A DNA stretch of 64,000 nt, from contig JAIVFI010000010.1 of assembly GCA_025558095.1 (NCBI GenBank), positions 682,001-746,000 of the forward strand. Reading direction: 5' to 3'. The notes under the pieces were generated by a model. The model saw only the letters and a list, made by a program, of their open reading frames with translations, was not told the DNA's origin and made no database searches. Below are positions 1-12,341 of the stretch, piece by piece; positions within the stretch are counted from its first letter, which is position 1; each line of letters opens with the position of its first letter. A program made the translations under genes and the position numbers. This DNA is from Hyaloraphidium curvatum SAG 235-1 (lineage: Eukaryota > Fungi > Monoblepharomycota).

Positions 1-1209
1 CTCATCGACGCGTCCCCGGACCCCCTCGCCGCCCTCCGCGCGCACCTGGCCCTCCGCCCCGCACCCACCCTCCCCTCGCTCACCGCCCCCTCGGCCCTCC
101 CCGCGCACTCGCCGGCCTCCAAGACCCTCTCCGTGCTGCACGCCGCATCGGCGGTCCCCGCCCTCCCCGACGCCCCGCTGCTCGCCACCGCGCTGCATGC
201 CTTCTTCCTGCGCCCCCTCCCGCGCCTCGCCTCGGCCGCCGTCGACGTGTTCTCCTCCGACTTCAACGTGCGCCCGGGGCCCGGCGTCTGGGCGCAGTTG
301 CTGCACCGCGCCTCCCGCACGGGCGAGCTGGACGCCGCCGGCCGCGCGCTGGACGGCCTGTCGGCGGCGTCGGACGCGCCCCCCGACGCGCGCGCCGCGA
401 CCATGGTGCTCGCGGCGTTGGTGATGGCCGGCAGGTTCCGCGAGGCCGCGGGGGTCTGGGGCGGGCTGGTGGATGCGCGCGGGGGGAGGGTGGCGGCGGA
501 GACGGTGGGCGCGTACCTGGGTGCCGTGCTGGCGACCGGCGGGGACGCGGGGGCGTGGCTGGCCGAGGTTGCGGGGAAGGGCGGGGAGGTGACGGCGGGG
601 CACTACAACAAGGCCGTGCACCGGCTGATCGGGATGGGCAGGGCGGAGGAGGCGCGGGCGGTGTTTGAGGGGATGCGGGTACCCGCGAACGGGACGACGG
701 CGGCGACGGTTGCCAAGCTGGCGGGGGTGATGAAGGACGCGTGGCTCCTGGACACCGCGCTGCGGTGCGTTCCGGCACCGATGCTGGGCGCGGATGCGTG
801 GGCGGCGGCGGGCAAGGCGCTTTCGGTGATGGGGCGGCCCGGGGAGGGCGGGGAGCTGCTGCTCGCGTGCCTGCAGGGGCGGGAGGCCGATCGGGCCCGG
901 CTCCCGGACGGGTTCCCGTTGGCGGGTGTGCAGCCCCCCCGGCCGCACGTGGGCGTCGCCGCGGCCGCGCTGCAGATCGCCGAGCGCGTGCCGGGGGAGC
1001 CGAGCGAGGAGCTGGTCCGCGCCTGCCGGGCGTTCTTCGAGGCCGCGGGGGAGCCGGGGGCCGGGGGGATGGGGATCGAGGGGCTGCTGAGGCTGGCGGG
1101 GATGGAGCCGTGGGTTGACAGGCCGAGGGAGCAGCGGGTGGAAGGGGGGAAGGGGGGGGAGAGGCCGGCCAGGGAGCAGCGCGGGCGGTTGCACGGGAGG
1201 GGGGTTTGA
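1..1209 (+). CDS. PPR (pentatricopeptide repeat)-like protein, 5' end outside the window
   Basis: Frame 1 is open from base 1 to TGA at 1207-1209. PPR-like helical repeats, e.g. PDARAATMVLAALVMAGRFREAAGVW and TAGHYNKAVHRLIGMGRAEEARAVFEGMR. Confidence 0.65.
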   Translation, partial: LIDASPDPLAALRAHLALRPAPTLPSLTAPSALPAHSPASKTLSVLHAASAVPALPDAPLLATALHAFFLRPLPRLASAAVDVFSSDFNVRPGPGVWAQLLHRASRTGELDAAGRALDGLSAASDAPPDARAATMVLAALVMAGRFREAAGVWGGLVDARGGRVAAETVGAYLGAVLATGGDAGAWLAEVAGKGGEVTAGHYNKAVHRLIGMGRAEEARAVFEGMRVPANGTTAATVAKLAGVMKDAWLLDTALRCVPAPMLGADAWAAAGKALSVMGRPGEGGELLLACLQGREADRARLPDGFPLAGVQPPRPHVGVAAAALQIAERVPGEPSEELVRACRAFFEAAGEPGAGGMGIEGLLRLAGMEPWVDRPREQRVEGGKGGERPAREQRGRLHGRGV

Positions 1210-2091
1210 GGCGCCGCCCTGAATCGATGCGGCATCCGGCGAACAAGATTTCGAAAGCCGTGCCGGCGGTGCCGCTCCCTCAATCCTGCCGCCGCGGTGA
1301 GCCGCGCCGGTGAGACAGTTCCCCGATCCGATTCCCCGATTCGCGCGGCCGCATGACGCAACGCGGAAAATCGGCCCCACCATTGACGTCGCCTGCGGCG
1401 CGTCGCTTCCATCCAACGCCCCTCCCTTCCCGTCGCCGTGCATCGAACGACCCTGCTTGTCATCGGCGGATTCGGATCCCGCCGCCCGGTCGGCGGCACG
1501 GCCGCGCCGGCCGAGCGCACGGAACCCGCGGGCGGTGGGATTTCCCCACCGGCCCACCCCGCGATCGCGCGGCGACGGAGCGCCGTCGGCAGCCGCCCGC
1601 TCCTGCGGATCAGGGCCGCCGGTGCGGACCCCGTGATGGCGATGCGTGGGGTGCGGCCTTGGATTTTGGGGTGGTCCGCGGGAGCCTAAACTGTGGCGGC
1701 GTGGCGTGCGGGTGCGGGGCCCGATCGGTGACCAGTGGTGGCGGGACCCGGGCCATCGGTGGGCGAGGAGGAAGGCGCTGCGTCAAGAGAAAGTCAGGGG
1801 CAGCGGCGAGGCGGCGGTGGTTCGGTGGCGTCGGGGAACTCGCGGCGGCACGCGGTCGGCAGCCGTCCGCGGGCCCCGCGTGCCCTGATGCCCCGAGTGT
1901 GGATGCAGCCACGCGCCCGGTGCCGGATGGATAAAATCCGGAGGGCCGAGGCTCGACCGCCGCATAGTTATCGGCGGGGCGCTTTTTCAGAGGCACGAAC
2001 CGCTGCGGGCGGGTGGCTGAAGGCGCACTCCACACCCACACCCAGCGGCCTCCAACCGAACCGGGCGGGCCGAGCTTCCCGGGCGACGGCG

Positions 2092-4115
2092 ATGTCGTGG
2101 GACCGGGCGGCCGCGGACGGCGGCGGCGGGGCGGCGGACTTTGCGGGGGCGTTGGCGGCCTCGCTGGCGCAGTCGCAGAGCGCGCGGGCGTTCCCGGCGG
2201 GCGGTGCGGCGGGCGGCGCCGCGGCGGGCGCCCCTCAGCAGGCGGCGGCGACGTGGCCGCAGCAGGCGGCGGCGTGGGCCGGCGGCGGGATGGGCGGCGG
2301 CGGCGGCGCGGGAGGCCTGCCGGCCGGGTGGGGCGGGCTGGCCCCGCAGCAGGCCGCGTTCGCCTTCTCGGCCGTGCAGCAGTCGGCGGCATACGGCGGC
2401 ACGCCCCATTTGTCCGGCACGCCGCAGCTCGCCTTCGTGGCAAACAGCTCGCCGCCGCTGCCGGTCGCCGGCTCCTTCGGCTTCCGGCCCGCGCAGATGG
2501 CCCCGTCGGCGCTCGGCACGCCGGTCGTGCACGCCTCGCACTCGTCGCACGGCTTGCTGGGCGTGCAGCGCCCGTCGGGCACGCCGCTGGACACGCTGGA
2601 CCCGCTCGACCCGTCGGACTACGCCGCGCTGAGGATGGCCGGCTCCCAGGGCTCGCTGGCCGCGCCCGTGCCGCAGCACGCCTTTGTGCGCCCATCGCAG
2701 CAGCTATCGGCGCAGCAGCTCCCCGCCGGCGCCCTCTCGCCCGGCTCGGCGCTCGCCTCGCAGCTGTACGGCATCGACCTCGGCGGCTCCCTTGACCCCG
2801 CCGCCCTCGCCCGTTTCCCCGTCGCCAATTCCACGTTCCCCTTCGGCAGCAACGCCGGCTTCGCGGACCAGGCCGCCGCCATCCTCGGCGCCCAGCCCGG
2901 GATGCGCATCTCGGCCGACGACGCCGCCATCGACGCCCTGCTCTCCTCCGTCCTCTTCGAACAGGCGCAGCAGCAGGCCGCCGCGGCGCAGAGCGGCTCC
3001 CCGTCCGCCTACTCGGGCGGCGTCGGGTCCCCCGCCGGCTCGGCGGGCACCCCCGCCCCGTCGGACCTCCTCGCCCCCCCGCAGCCCCCGGCCTCCTCCC
3101 GCCGCACGCACACCTTCCCCCGCGCAGCCGTCGGCGGCCGCGCCCCCGCGTGGCCCGCGGCCCTCGCCGACCCGGGCTCGTCGGCCTACTCCCTCGCCGC
3201 GGGCGCGCGCACCGCCGAGTTCTCCTTCCCCGGCCTCGCACCGCAGCTCCTCTCCAAAACCCGCTCCGAGACGCTGCTCCGCTCCCCCGCGCAGCCCACC
3301 CTGCCTCGCGCATCGGCATCCGCCGCCGCACCCCTGTTCCAGAGCCCGATCGTGATGCCGTCGCAGCTCTCCGCCGCCGCGCCATTCGCCAGCCCGCCCG
3401 GCAACCCGCAGATCGGCAGCCCGGACCCGCCGCCCGGCAGCGCGCCGGTGGGCTACTCCCCGCTCGTCTTCCAGGCCGCGCCCCCGGGGGACGACGCGGG
3501 GGCCGCGCTGTTCCGCACCTTCCCGTTCGAGGACGCCGGGGTGCTCTGGGACTCGACCCTCGAGCCGGGCGCGGTGATGCCGCCGCCTTCCGGCGGCGAC
3601 GAGGAGCACGGCGAGTTCGAGGAGGGCGACGAGCACGGCGAGCAGTTTGGGCACGAGGCCTCCCCGCACGGCAGCCTGAGCCGCAAGGAGCGGGAAAAGG
3701 GGGAGGGGGTGGTGCGGCGGCGGAGCAGCGTCAAGAAGGAGCGGACGCACGTGTGTCCGCAGTGCGGAAAGGGGTTCCTGACGGCCGGGCACGTGAGCAG
3801 GCACGCTTATTCGCACCTCAAGGAGGAGGACAGGCCGCACGGTGGGTCGCCTCTGCTGCCGGACGCGGGGACGGCGCGCTGACCGGACCGGACGGGAACC
3901 CAGCCTGCCCCTACCCGGGCTGCACCAAGAAGTTTGCCCGCAGCGACAACATGAAGACGCACCTGCAGACGCACTTCCGGCCCGGCGGGCGCAACGCCGA
4001 GCACCCCCCCGCGGCGGGGGCGGCGCCGGGCAACTCGACGTGGCCGGTCGCGGGGGCGCAGGGCGAGGGGTGGGACGCGGCGCTGGAGGGGATGCTGGGC
4101 GAGGGGGGCATGTGA
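2092..4115 (+). CDS. C2H2 zinc-finger transcription factor (two fingers, Nrg1-like); exons 2092-3841 and 3904-4115
   Basis: Splicing the GTGGGT...GCTGAC...CAG intron (3842-3903) gives CPQCGKGFLTAGHVSRHAYSH-LKEEDRPHA-CPYPGCTKKFARSDNMKTHLQTH. Low-complexity A/P/S/Q N-terminus. Start codon inferred. Confidence 0.85.
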
Positions 4116-5038
4116 TGCCGGATCGGGGAGTGGGATGCGGTGCGGTGGAGGCTGCGGATGCCGGCGCGGGTGGGACGACGCGGGTGGGGGTTTGGAGGTG
4201 CCTGCAGGGATGCGGTCGCGCGTGTATTGCTCTGTCTGCCTATTGGGAGGTTCCGAACGGGAGGGTGGTTCGCGGTGGTCCGTTGGGCGGATCCCGAAGC
4301 CTGCGGGCGGGGTCGGTGGGTGGGTCGAAGGCCGCACGCCGGAGGGATCGGATCGGACGGGCTCGGCACGGCCGGATCGGCCGGTCCCGTGCGGTCCGGG
4401 CGGCATCGTGCGGCCGGCCGGTGCGGAGGCCGCAGCGCAGCCAGTTGGGAAAGGGCGCGCTCGGAAAAACGGAGGCCGGCGGGCGCTGTCGGAATGCACG
4501 GATCGCGGGCCGGAGGGCGCCGGTTGGTTCCGGGGGTGGTTGGCCGTAGCTCCTTTGTGGGCTTCGGGGATGGGGCGCGGGGGTTGGAAAGGGACGGGCG
4601 CCGCGGTGGCGGGGACTAGGTGGCCGCGTCCGATTCTGTTCTGGCGATGCCGCCGAGGGCTGTGGCGAACGGCGGCTCGGAACGGGCGCGGCAGGCGCGG
4701 CGGGCCGGTGCGGAAGCGCTTTCGCCGGTTCGGGAGTCGGCCGGCGAGAAACGGGCGGCGCGGTGGGTCTGCGGTTTGGAGCGGCATCTTGCGGTCGGGT
4801 TTCGAAGGTGGGTAGGGGTTGCCGGAGGGACGGCCGGCGGGCTCCCCGGCGAGGGAAAGGGCCGATCGGGGCCGGAAGCAGCTGGATCGGGGGGCGTCAG
4901 AGCTGCGGGCGCGGTTGCGGTGCGCGGAATGCGAGCGATCGGTCCGGTGGGGACCGGCCACCGTCCTCGGGTGGGGTCAGGGATACCGATGACCTGGATC
5001 TCCAAATTACCCGCAACCACCACGACATCCTCCTCGAC

Positions 5039-6095
5039 ATGACGCCGCTGCAGAGCGCGTACGTGTCGCTTGCCGGCCCGGGCTCGCCGGCGGCGCTGCT
5101 CGGGCCGTTCCCGGTCGGCGGCGGCGGCGCGGGGACGCCAAACTCCCTGCCGCGCAACGCCGCAGGTGCGGCCACCGCCGGACCCCGCTCCGCCCGCGTC
5201 TCGCGCCCCGCCGGCGCCGCCGCGCACCGTGCGGAAGCCGCGGCCGTCGCGATGGCGGCGGCGCAGGGCGGGCCGCCGCCGCCGGGCTTCCCCGCATGGC
5301 AGCCCCCGCCCCGCGCGCCGATGCCGCAGCGCACCCCGTACGGCCCGTACACGAACGTGCCGGGGGCCGCCCGCCGCAGCCCGCACGGCCCCGCCGTCCC
5401 CGCCGGGCAGCCAGCCACGCTCCCGCTCGCCTTCTTCCTGCCGTCCCTCGCCGCGCCGCCGCAGGACCCGTCGGACTGCTACTGGACGTCCCGCGCTTAC
5501 CTGGACCTGGTGGCGCCGCTGCTGGCCCGCGCACACGCAGACGCCCCCCAGCTCCAGCCGAACACGCCCCACCCGCCCTCGGCCTGCCCCTCGGCGGGCA
5601 CCCTGCACCCCTCCCCCGCACGCCGCACCGCATCCTCCTCCGGCTCGGACACCTTTGTCCTCCCCGGCGCAGAGCCCGGCGACGAGGACGGCGAGTTCGA
5701 CCCGGACCCGATGTACCCGGGCCCCGGGGACCCGTCAGCCCAGCCGGCCCTGCCGAGCACCCCCGACCCGGCGTCGGACAGCGACGCGCACACCGAGCCC
5801 GCATCGGACGACGGCAAGGTGCACGCATGCGGGGAATGCGGGCGCGCGTTCAAATCCTTCGGCCACCTGAACCGGTGCGTCCCCCACCCGTCTCCGCGTC
5901 ACCCCCGCCGATCGCTCACCCGTTCCCCTTCCCACCGACAGCCACGCCAAATCCCACCTCCCCGAGGCCCTCCGCCCGCACGCGTGCGAGTACGGCTGCG
6001 GGCGGCGCTTCGCGCGCACGGACAACCTGCGGATGCACCACGCCACGCACGACCGCTCCGGACGGGGGAGGAGGAGGCGGCAGAGACGGGACTGA
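5039..6095 (+). CDS. C2H2 zinc-finger transcription factor (two fingers), tandem relative of the previous gene; exons 5039-5874 and 5942-6095
   Basis: Intron GTGCGT...CTCAC...CAG (5875-5941) joins CGECGRAFKSFGHLNR-HAKSH-LPEALRPHA-CEYGCGRRFARTDNLRMHHATH, followed by a basic NLS-like RGRRRRQRR tail. Confidence 0.85.
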
Positions 6096-6807
6096 GCGTG
6101 CGGGCTGCGCGGTGGATGGAATGGATGGGCGGATCGGAGGACGTACGGCGCGGGTCCGGATCCGGATCGGGGGCGGGGAGCGGAAGCCGCCTCCGCCTCG
6201 GGGTGCCGGCCGCGCACTTCCCGCGCCCCGCGCGGCATCTCCGGACGCACAAGGGGATATCCCGGGCTATGTAGCAGGCTCTCTTTACACACGATGCTGT
6301 AGCGCGACTGGCGCCGAAGACTGCGGCGGCGGCTGTGCTCGATGGGGGTCAGCCGCCCCCGAGGGCGTGCGGGCTTCCGCGCGCCCTCGGCGCTCGGCTT
6401 CCTCCCGAATCATCGGCGACGTCGCGGCATATGTTTGCTCGCCGGTTCGGCGGTGGACGGACGGTAGATCGGGGTCCGGAGTGCGTTCGCCACCGGCCGG
6501 GCCGGACATCGGAGATCCCCGAGTGAGCCTGTCCACCATTGGCAGCGGTTAGGGATCCGTCGACCCCGCCCGCGCGATCGTGGCATGCGGGTCGAGCGGG
6601 CTGGGTGTTGGCGTGCACGTTGGAAGCCCGGTGTTGTCTCCAATGCGCCGCATGCACGCCAGCACGGGCGATTCGGAGGGTCACCCTTCACCAGCAGCCC
6701 TCTTCTTCCAGGTCTCCGCAGCCAATCGCATCCGCCCCTTGCAATGCTCCCGGATCCCGCCGAAAGCGGCACATCTAGCACCAGCGGTGCAGCCACGCAC
6801 CCGATCC

Positions 6808-8542
6808 CTACTCCGCCCCGACGTACTTGAGCCACACGTTCCGCGGCCGCAGGATCCCGCCCGTGCTCGTCATCTCCGCGCGGTCCGTCACCCCGCCCGC
6901 GCACTCGTCCGGCGCCGGCAGCGCGAACGTGCGGTCCCGGAGCAGCGCCACCAGCGCGGTCTTCATCTCGTGCAGGGCAAACAGGCGGCCGAGGCTGTCC
7001 GACAGCAAAGCGTCAGCACGGACGCACGCCGCCCCGCACAGGCGACAACCCACCACATCCTCGGCCCCAGCGCGAACCCCCCGAACGCGGCGGAATTCCA
7101 CTCCCTCCTCGGGTTGTACTCGAGCGCGTCCTTCCCCCACACGTCCTCGCGGTGGTGCAGGTTGATCCACGCGACGTTGATCGTCGTCCCGCCCGGCACC
7201 ACGATCTCGGGGCGGCTGGGGAGGGGAAAGTCCTCCGGGGAAGAGCGGGCGGCGGCCATGATGGGCGGGCGGAGCCGGAGGGATTCCTCGAGGCAGCGCT
7301 CGGCAAAGGGCATCCCGCGGAGCACGGCGTCGGGATCGGAGAGGGAGTCCGGGGTGGGGAAGGCGGCGCGGATCTCGTCGCGCGCTTCGGCGAGGAACTT
7401 GGGGTTGGCGGCGAGCAGGTGGGTGGTCCACGCGAGGCAGGTCGAGGTGGTCTCGTACCCCGCGATGGCGAGGGTGAGCAGCTGGTCGCGGATCTCGTCG
7501 TCCGTGAGCTTCTTCTCCCCGCCGATGTCGACCTCGATCAGGATGTCGAGCATGTCCTTGCGGCCTTCCTTTGCCCCGCCGCCCGGCGCCGCGCGCCGTT
7601 CGCGGATCAGCCCGTACAGCACCCGGTCCACGATGCGCCTGGAGGAGCGATACACGACGTTGCCGAGGATCCAGCCGCCGCCGGGGAACAGGAACAGCGG
7701 GTTGCCCGTGCCCAGGATGAGGTTCCTCAGCGCGCGGACGAACCCGTCCACGTCGGTGCCGAACCTCGCCAACGCCGCGCCGTCGCCGTCCATCCGCACG
7801 GAAAAGGCGATGTCGACGAACACCGAGAGGCTGAAGCGGTCAAAGAGCGGCATCAGGTCCGTCGGTTTCCCGCCCGTGGATTCGAGGCGGTCCCGGAGGA
7901 GCCGCGCGTGCCGCACGAAGATGGGGTGGTACGCGTCGCGCACGGCGCCCAGGCGGAGGGCGACGGCGAGCGCGGAGGCCTGGCGGCGGTGGTGCGGGCC
8001 GTTCTTGAGGATGATGATGGAGTTGGGCCTGGGGCGGCACGGCGGGGGTGAGCACGGCGTCGGAATCGGTGCCGCAGCGGGGCGGGCACCCACCCCCAGT
8101 ACGACACCAGCTCCCTGTACATCGGGCCCTTGTCCAGGTTGGCCTGCTGGCACACCACCCGCGCGTCGACCGGCTCGCTGGTGTCGATGTTGGGCAGCCA
8201 CAGCATCGTCCGCAGGTACGCCGGCCCGAGCTTCCGCCAGTCGAAGTAGTCCTCGTGCGGCTCGCGCGGGACGAACGGGCCGAGAACGGGGCGCGTGGGC
8301 GGGAGCGGCAGCTTCACGCGGGGGAAGATCCGGCGCGCGTTGACGTAGTCGTTCTGGTAGGCGAGGAAGGCGACGGCGCCGAGGAGGGCGAGGAGGGGGA
8401 GCGCGAGGGCGGTGGAGGCGAGGGCGATGGCGGCGCGGAAGAGCGGGGCGGTCGCCCAGGCGGGGAGGAGCGCGTGGGCGAGGAGCGCGAGGCCGGCGGC
8501 GCCGGCGGCCAGCAGGAGAGGGGACGGGCGGGTGGGCGCCAT
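6808..8542 (-). CDS. Cytochrome P450; exons 8542-8094, 8028-7054 and 6994-6808
   Basis: N-terminal membrane anchor, I-helix AGYETT, K-helix EESLR. The heme motif FALGPRMCLG is completed only after removing intron 6995-7053. Confidence 0.92.
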
Positions 8543-9034
8543 TTCTGGGAGATCGGAGTTGCCTTAGGCCCCCGAAGACGGCTTTCGGGAAGAGAGAGGG
8601 TGCTGCTCTACGAGGTTGGCGGCTCTGGCCGAGGTCCCGCCTAAATCGCGACTGACTCTATCGACAGCTGAAGCGCGAGACTTCTCCCATCAAGTTGGGC
8701 TGCTGGAGCGGGACGCAGCCCTCAGTCTAGCTCTTCTTGCTACTTTCCGGTGGCTTCACGGCTTCAACGCTCGGATTCAAGTTGCCGTTGCCAACCATCT
8801 TGTCGGGTCCTGCAAAGAACGCCGCGAATGACGGGCCATCCTATCGATCGCACTCCAATTGAAACGCTGATGGCAATCTGAAGCTTGTATTGCGTTCTAA
8901 GCATGCCTCCAATGGCCCATTATTTGCTTGGCGGCGGCCCGACCGACCCCGGTCCGTGCGCGGTGCCGTTGCGGCGCCGCAGCCGATTCGCAATTCCGAC
9001 CGCCCCGCAAACCCCGCTGCGTACCCGCGGCGCG

Positions 9035-9988
9035 ATGCGGAGGATTGCATTCGTGCTACTAGTCGTTGCGGTGCTCGCCGCGGTAGCAGCATGCGCAGCG
9101 GAGGGGTTGGAGCGGAGGCAGGCGGGCGCGGTGCGGGTGGGTCCTCGCCAGGGTGCGGAGATGAATGCATTCTGATCAACGCCCGCCGCCCCGACAAAGA
9201 CGGTGTTGAGGGCACGGCCGACGAGGAGCCCGAGGCCCAGACCGAGCAGGACGAGGGCGACGGCGGGGTGGACGACGAGCACGGGGACCCGGACGCCGAG
9301 CACGAGCACGCGGACCACGAGTTCGACGACGCAAACGAGGACCACGGTGGCTCCTGTGCGGCCTCCTTCGCCTCCTCCCCCGCCAAATTCGCCTCCTCCT
9401 GCGCCTCCGCCGCCCCCTCCGCCCCCTCCCACCATCCCTTCCGACACTCTCCTCACCAACCGCACCGGGGACAACTCCTGCCGCCAGCGCGCCCCCGGCA
9501 CCGGCCGCCTCCGCCCCGGGGACAACCCGGCCCTCGTCCGCTTCGCCACCTACAACCCCCCCGCCCCCGACGCCCCCGGGTGGTGCGGCGGCTCCGGCGT
9601 CTACGGCAACCCGCACGGCAGCCTCGCCTACTCCCTGTACAACCAGTGCTGCCGGTGCGGCACCCGCGCGGGGCACGACTCGTGCGCGTCGGGGTGCTGC
9701 TTCGACGGGGAGTGCAAGCCGCGGTTCTACTGCCGCGACAACGGCGCGAGGATGTGGCTGGAGGACAACTCGTACTGGCGCGTGCCGTCGTGGGGGCCGC
9801 AGGGGTTCAACCACGGCGCGAGGTGCGACAGGGAGGGGTTCTCGGCCATGTGCTTCTCGGGGTGCTGCAGGGGAGGGAGGTGCGCGCACATCGGGGAGTG
9901 CCCGGGGTACAACCCGCCGGCGAGCTGGAGCGCGTGCTGGACGTACGGCGGAGGAGAAGTCTGCATCAGGAGCAAGGACAGGGGTTGA
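9035..9988 (+). CDS. Secreted Cys-rich protein with Thr/Pro-rich linker; exons 9035-9130 and 9200-9988
   Basis: Signal peptide MRRIAFVLLVVAVLAAVAACAA, LERRQ dibasic site, T-rich then poly-Pro stalk, C-terminal domain with two CxSGCCxxGxC units. The intron removes the in-frame TGA at 9173. Confidence 0.7.
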
Positions 9989-10249
9989 TGCGGAGCATGT
10001 GAGGCGTCGCCGCTGAGTAGTTCAGTTGGTTGATTGTCTGTACGTGATTTGGTTTCAACTTTGTCGAGCTCGACATCTTCCACTGGTGCGGGAGCGGTCG
10101 CAGAGAAGCATTATGGAACTACAACATCCCCGAACGCTGGGGGGCTGGGCCCTGTCTCCCACGCCCAATCGAACTGGCCAGAACTTCCACGGAAACCCGA
10201 CCTCACTCCCGATTCAAAGCCCCTTCCGGCGCCGCAAAGTAACGTCAAG

Positions 10250-11841
10250 ATGGCACCCATGGGCCCCGAGAAGAGGGTGAGCCAGAAGGCCGTCGAATGT
10301 GGGTGCATCGCGCTGGTGGCGCCGGGTGAGACGGCGGGGGGCACGGAACATGGTTCCCTGCCCCCGTGAGGGCGCCAACGCCCTCGCCGACGCTTCTGGA
10401 AGCATGGAAACGCCACGGACACTGTTGCTGACGCGCATCGGCCGCAGGGAACCAGCCGCTGCAGCGCATCGAGGAGCCCGCCCCGGAGCCCCAGGGAACC
10501 GAGGTGCTGATTCGCATCACGAGCTCCGGCCTGTGCCACAGTGACCGTGGGTCATCAATGCTTCATTGCAGCTGATTTGGCGCTGATTTGCCTCCCCGCC
10601 GCCGCGCCGACTCCTGCCCGTTCCGTGATCAGTGCACCTGATCGAGGGCCACATGGACCTCGGCGGAGGCAACAAGCTTCCCGTTGAGGCTCTCGGCGGC
10701 AAGAGGCCCCTCGTCCCCGGGTACTGGCATCATACGAGCTCCGTCTCCCAATTTGACTGACTCCTCTGGACAGCCACGAGATGGTCGGCGAGGTCGCCAA
10801 GCTCGGCCCGGACGCCAAGGGCGTCGAAGTCGGACGCAAATACATTGTGTACCCCTGGCTGGGGTGCGGGCAGGACTCGTGCGCCAGGTGCTCCACCGGG
10901 GCCGAGCAGCTCTGCACCAACGGGTCGAGGTGGCACTCGGTCCAGCTCGACGGCGGCTTCAGCACCCACGTGGTCTCGCCGCACCCCAAGTACCTCGTGC
11001 CCTTCGAGAACGTCAGCGAGGAGTTCGCCTCGACGCTGGCGTGCTCGGGCCTCACGGCCTACGGGGCGATCCAGAAGAGCCTGGTCGACCTTCCCGATGG
11101 GTTCACGGAGAAGGACAAGCTTCTGATCAACGGAGCAGGTGAGCGTCCGAATTCGCGTCGCGCGATTCAGAAGTTCATCTGGACCGTTCGCAATTCCAGG
11201 CGGTCTCGGCACCCAGGCCATCAAGATCGTCCGCGCGCTCTTCCCCAACTACAAGCCCTCGGTCGCCGACATCGACCCCAAGAAGCGCGAGGCCGCACTG
11301 GCGGCCGGCGCGGGGGAGGCCATCGACCCCAACGACCCGGCCCAGGTCGGCGCGATCGCCGGGGCCGCGGCGAGTGGGTGCTTCCGCGCTCGATGCGGTG
11401 ATATCGTGCCTGACGAGCGATCCACGACAGCCGGCCAGGGAGGCTATGCCCGCATCATCGACTTTGTCGGCGCCGGCAAGTCCGTCGAGACACTCGTACC
11501 GATGCTGCGCCGCATCGGGTCCACCCTCACCGTCGTCGGCCTGTTCGGCGGCGCTGCCACGCTGCCTGTTCCCATGTTTGTCATGCAGGTGGGTTGTATG
11601 GAGCGCTTCCTGCGGGGATAGCGCCTGATCTTGCACGGTGTCGCAGAACTGGCGCCTCCAGGGCCACCTAGTCGGCTCCCTCCCGGAGCTCAAGGAGCTC
11701 GTCAAGCTGGCCGATGCCGGCAAGGTCGACGAGATCCCGATCGTCAAGCGCAAGCTCTCTGAGGCCAACCAGACGATTGAGGACCTGAAGGCCGGCAAGA
11801 TCATCGGGCGCGCCGTGTTCAAGCCCCAGGAAGGCGCCTAA
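10250..11841 (+). CDS. Zn-dependent medium-chain alcohol dehydrogenase (6-hydroxyhexanoate dehydrogenase-like), about 7 exons
   Basis: Spliced motifs GLCHSDLH, PGHEMVG, structural Zn CGQDSCARC...C, LACSGLTAY, GAGGLG, C-terminal GKIIGRAVF. Confidence 0.9.
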
Positions 11842-12341
11842 GGTGTCGGGGGTGGGAAAAATCGCGTTTCTTGGCAGCAGTTGGAGTTTCGTCTGCACTT
11901 TGGGAGAACAAGCTGTGGAAGAGTGTACCTATGGACATAGCAACACGCTTCCCGAACCGAAGCTTGCGTAGTGGGTTCCGGTGGTACCACCAGCGGAGAC
12001 TTCCGCCAGCGGAAACTCTGGGCATATTGGGGGAAGCCGACGGGTCCACTTTGGATGGGCGTGCGACTAGTTCGATCCCCATTCGAACAACGGAGCGCTT
12101 CGGAACATGGCGCTCGAGATATGCATGCGGAAAGCTCGATCCGCAATCAGGGCAGCTGCCTCGTCTGTTTCCAGTCGGGACCTCCTGCCATGATTTTCGG
12201 GTAGAAGGTGGCCGGCCCCCCGCAACGGAGGGAGGGGGACGGCCAAGCCCGGCTGGTGAGGAGGACTCGATTGGTCCCTCAAAAGTGTCCCCACCTCCCC
12301 CCGCGGCGCTCCGAGGCTCCCCACTGCGCCCTTGATTCAGA

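Noticed and set aside
1610-3385. 591-aa Arg-rich minus ORF and similar overlapping ORFs across the window
   Set aside because: Expected from stop-codon scarcity at this GC content; they lie opposite well-supported genes.
6994-7055. P450 apparently lacking its heme cysteine (GPRMW in the ORF track)
   Set aside because: The Cys codon is split TG|C by intron 6995-7053; the spliced motif is normal.
8890-10002. ORF with an acidic His-rich tract (DEHGDPDAEHEHADHE) suggesting metal binding
   Set aside because: Frame-shifted reading of the ACG/AGC-rich Thr/Ser linker of the secreted protein.
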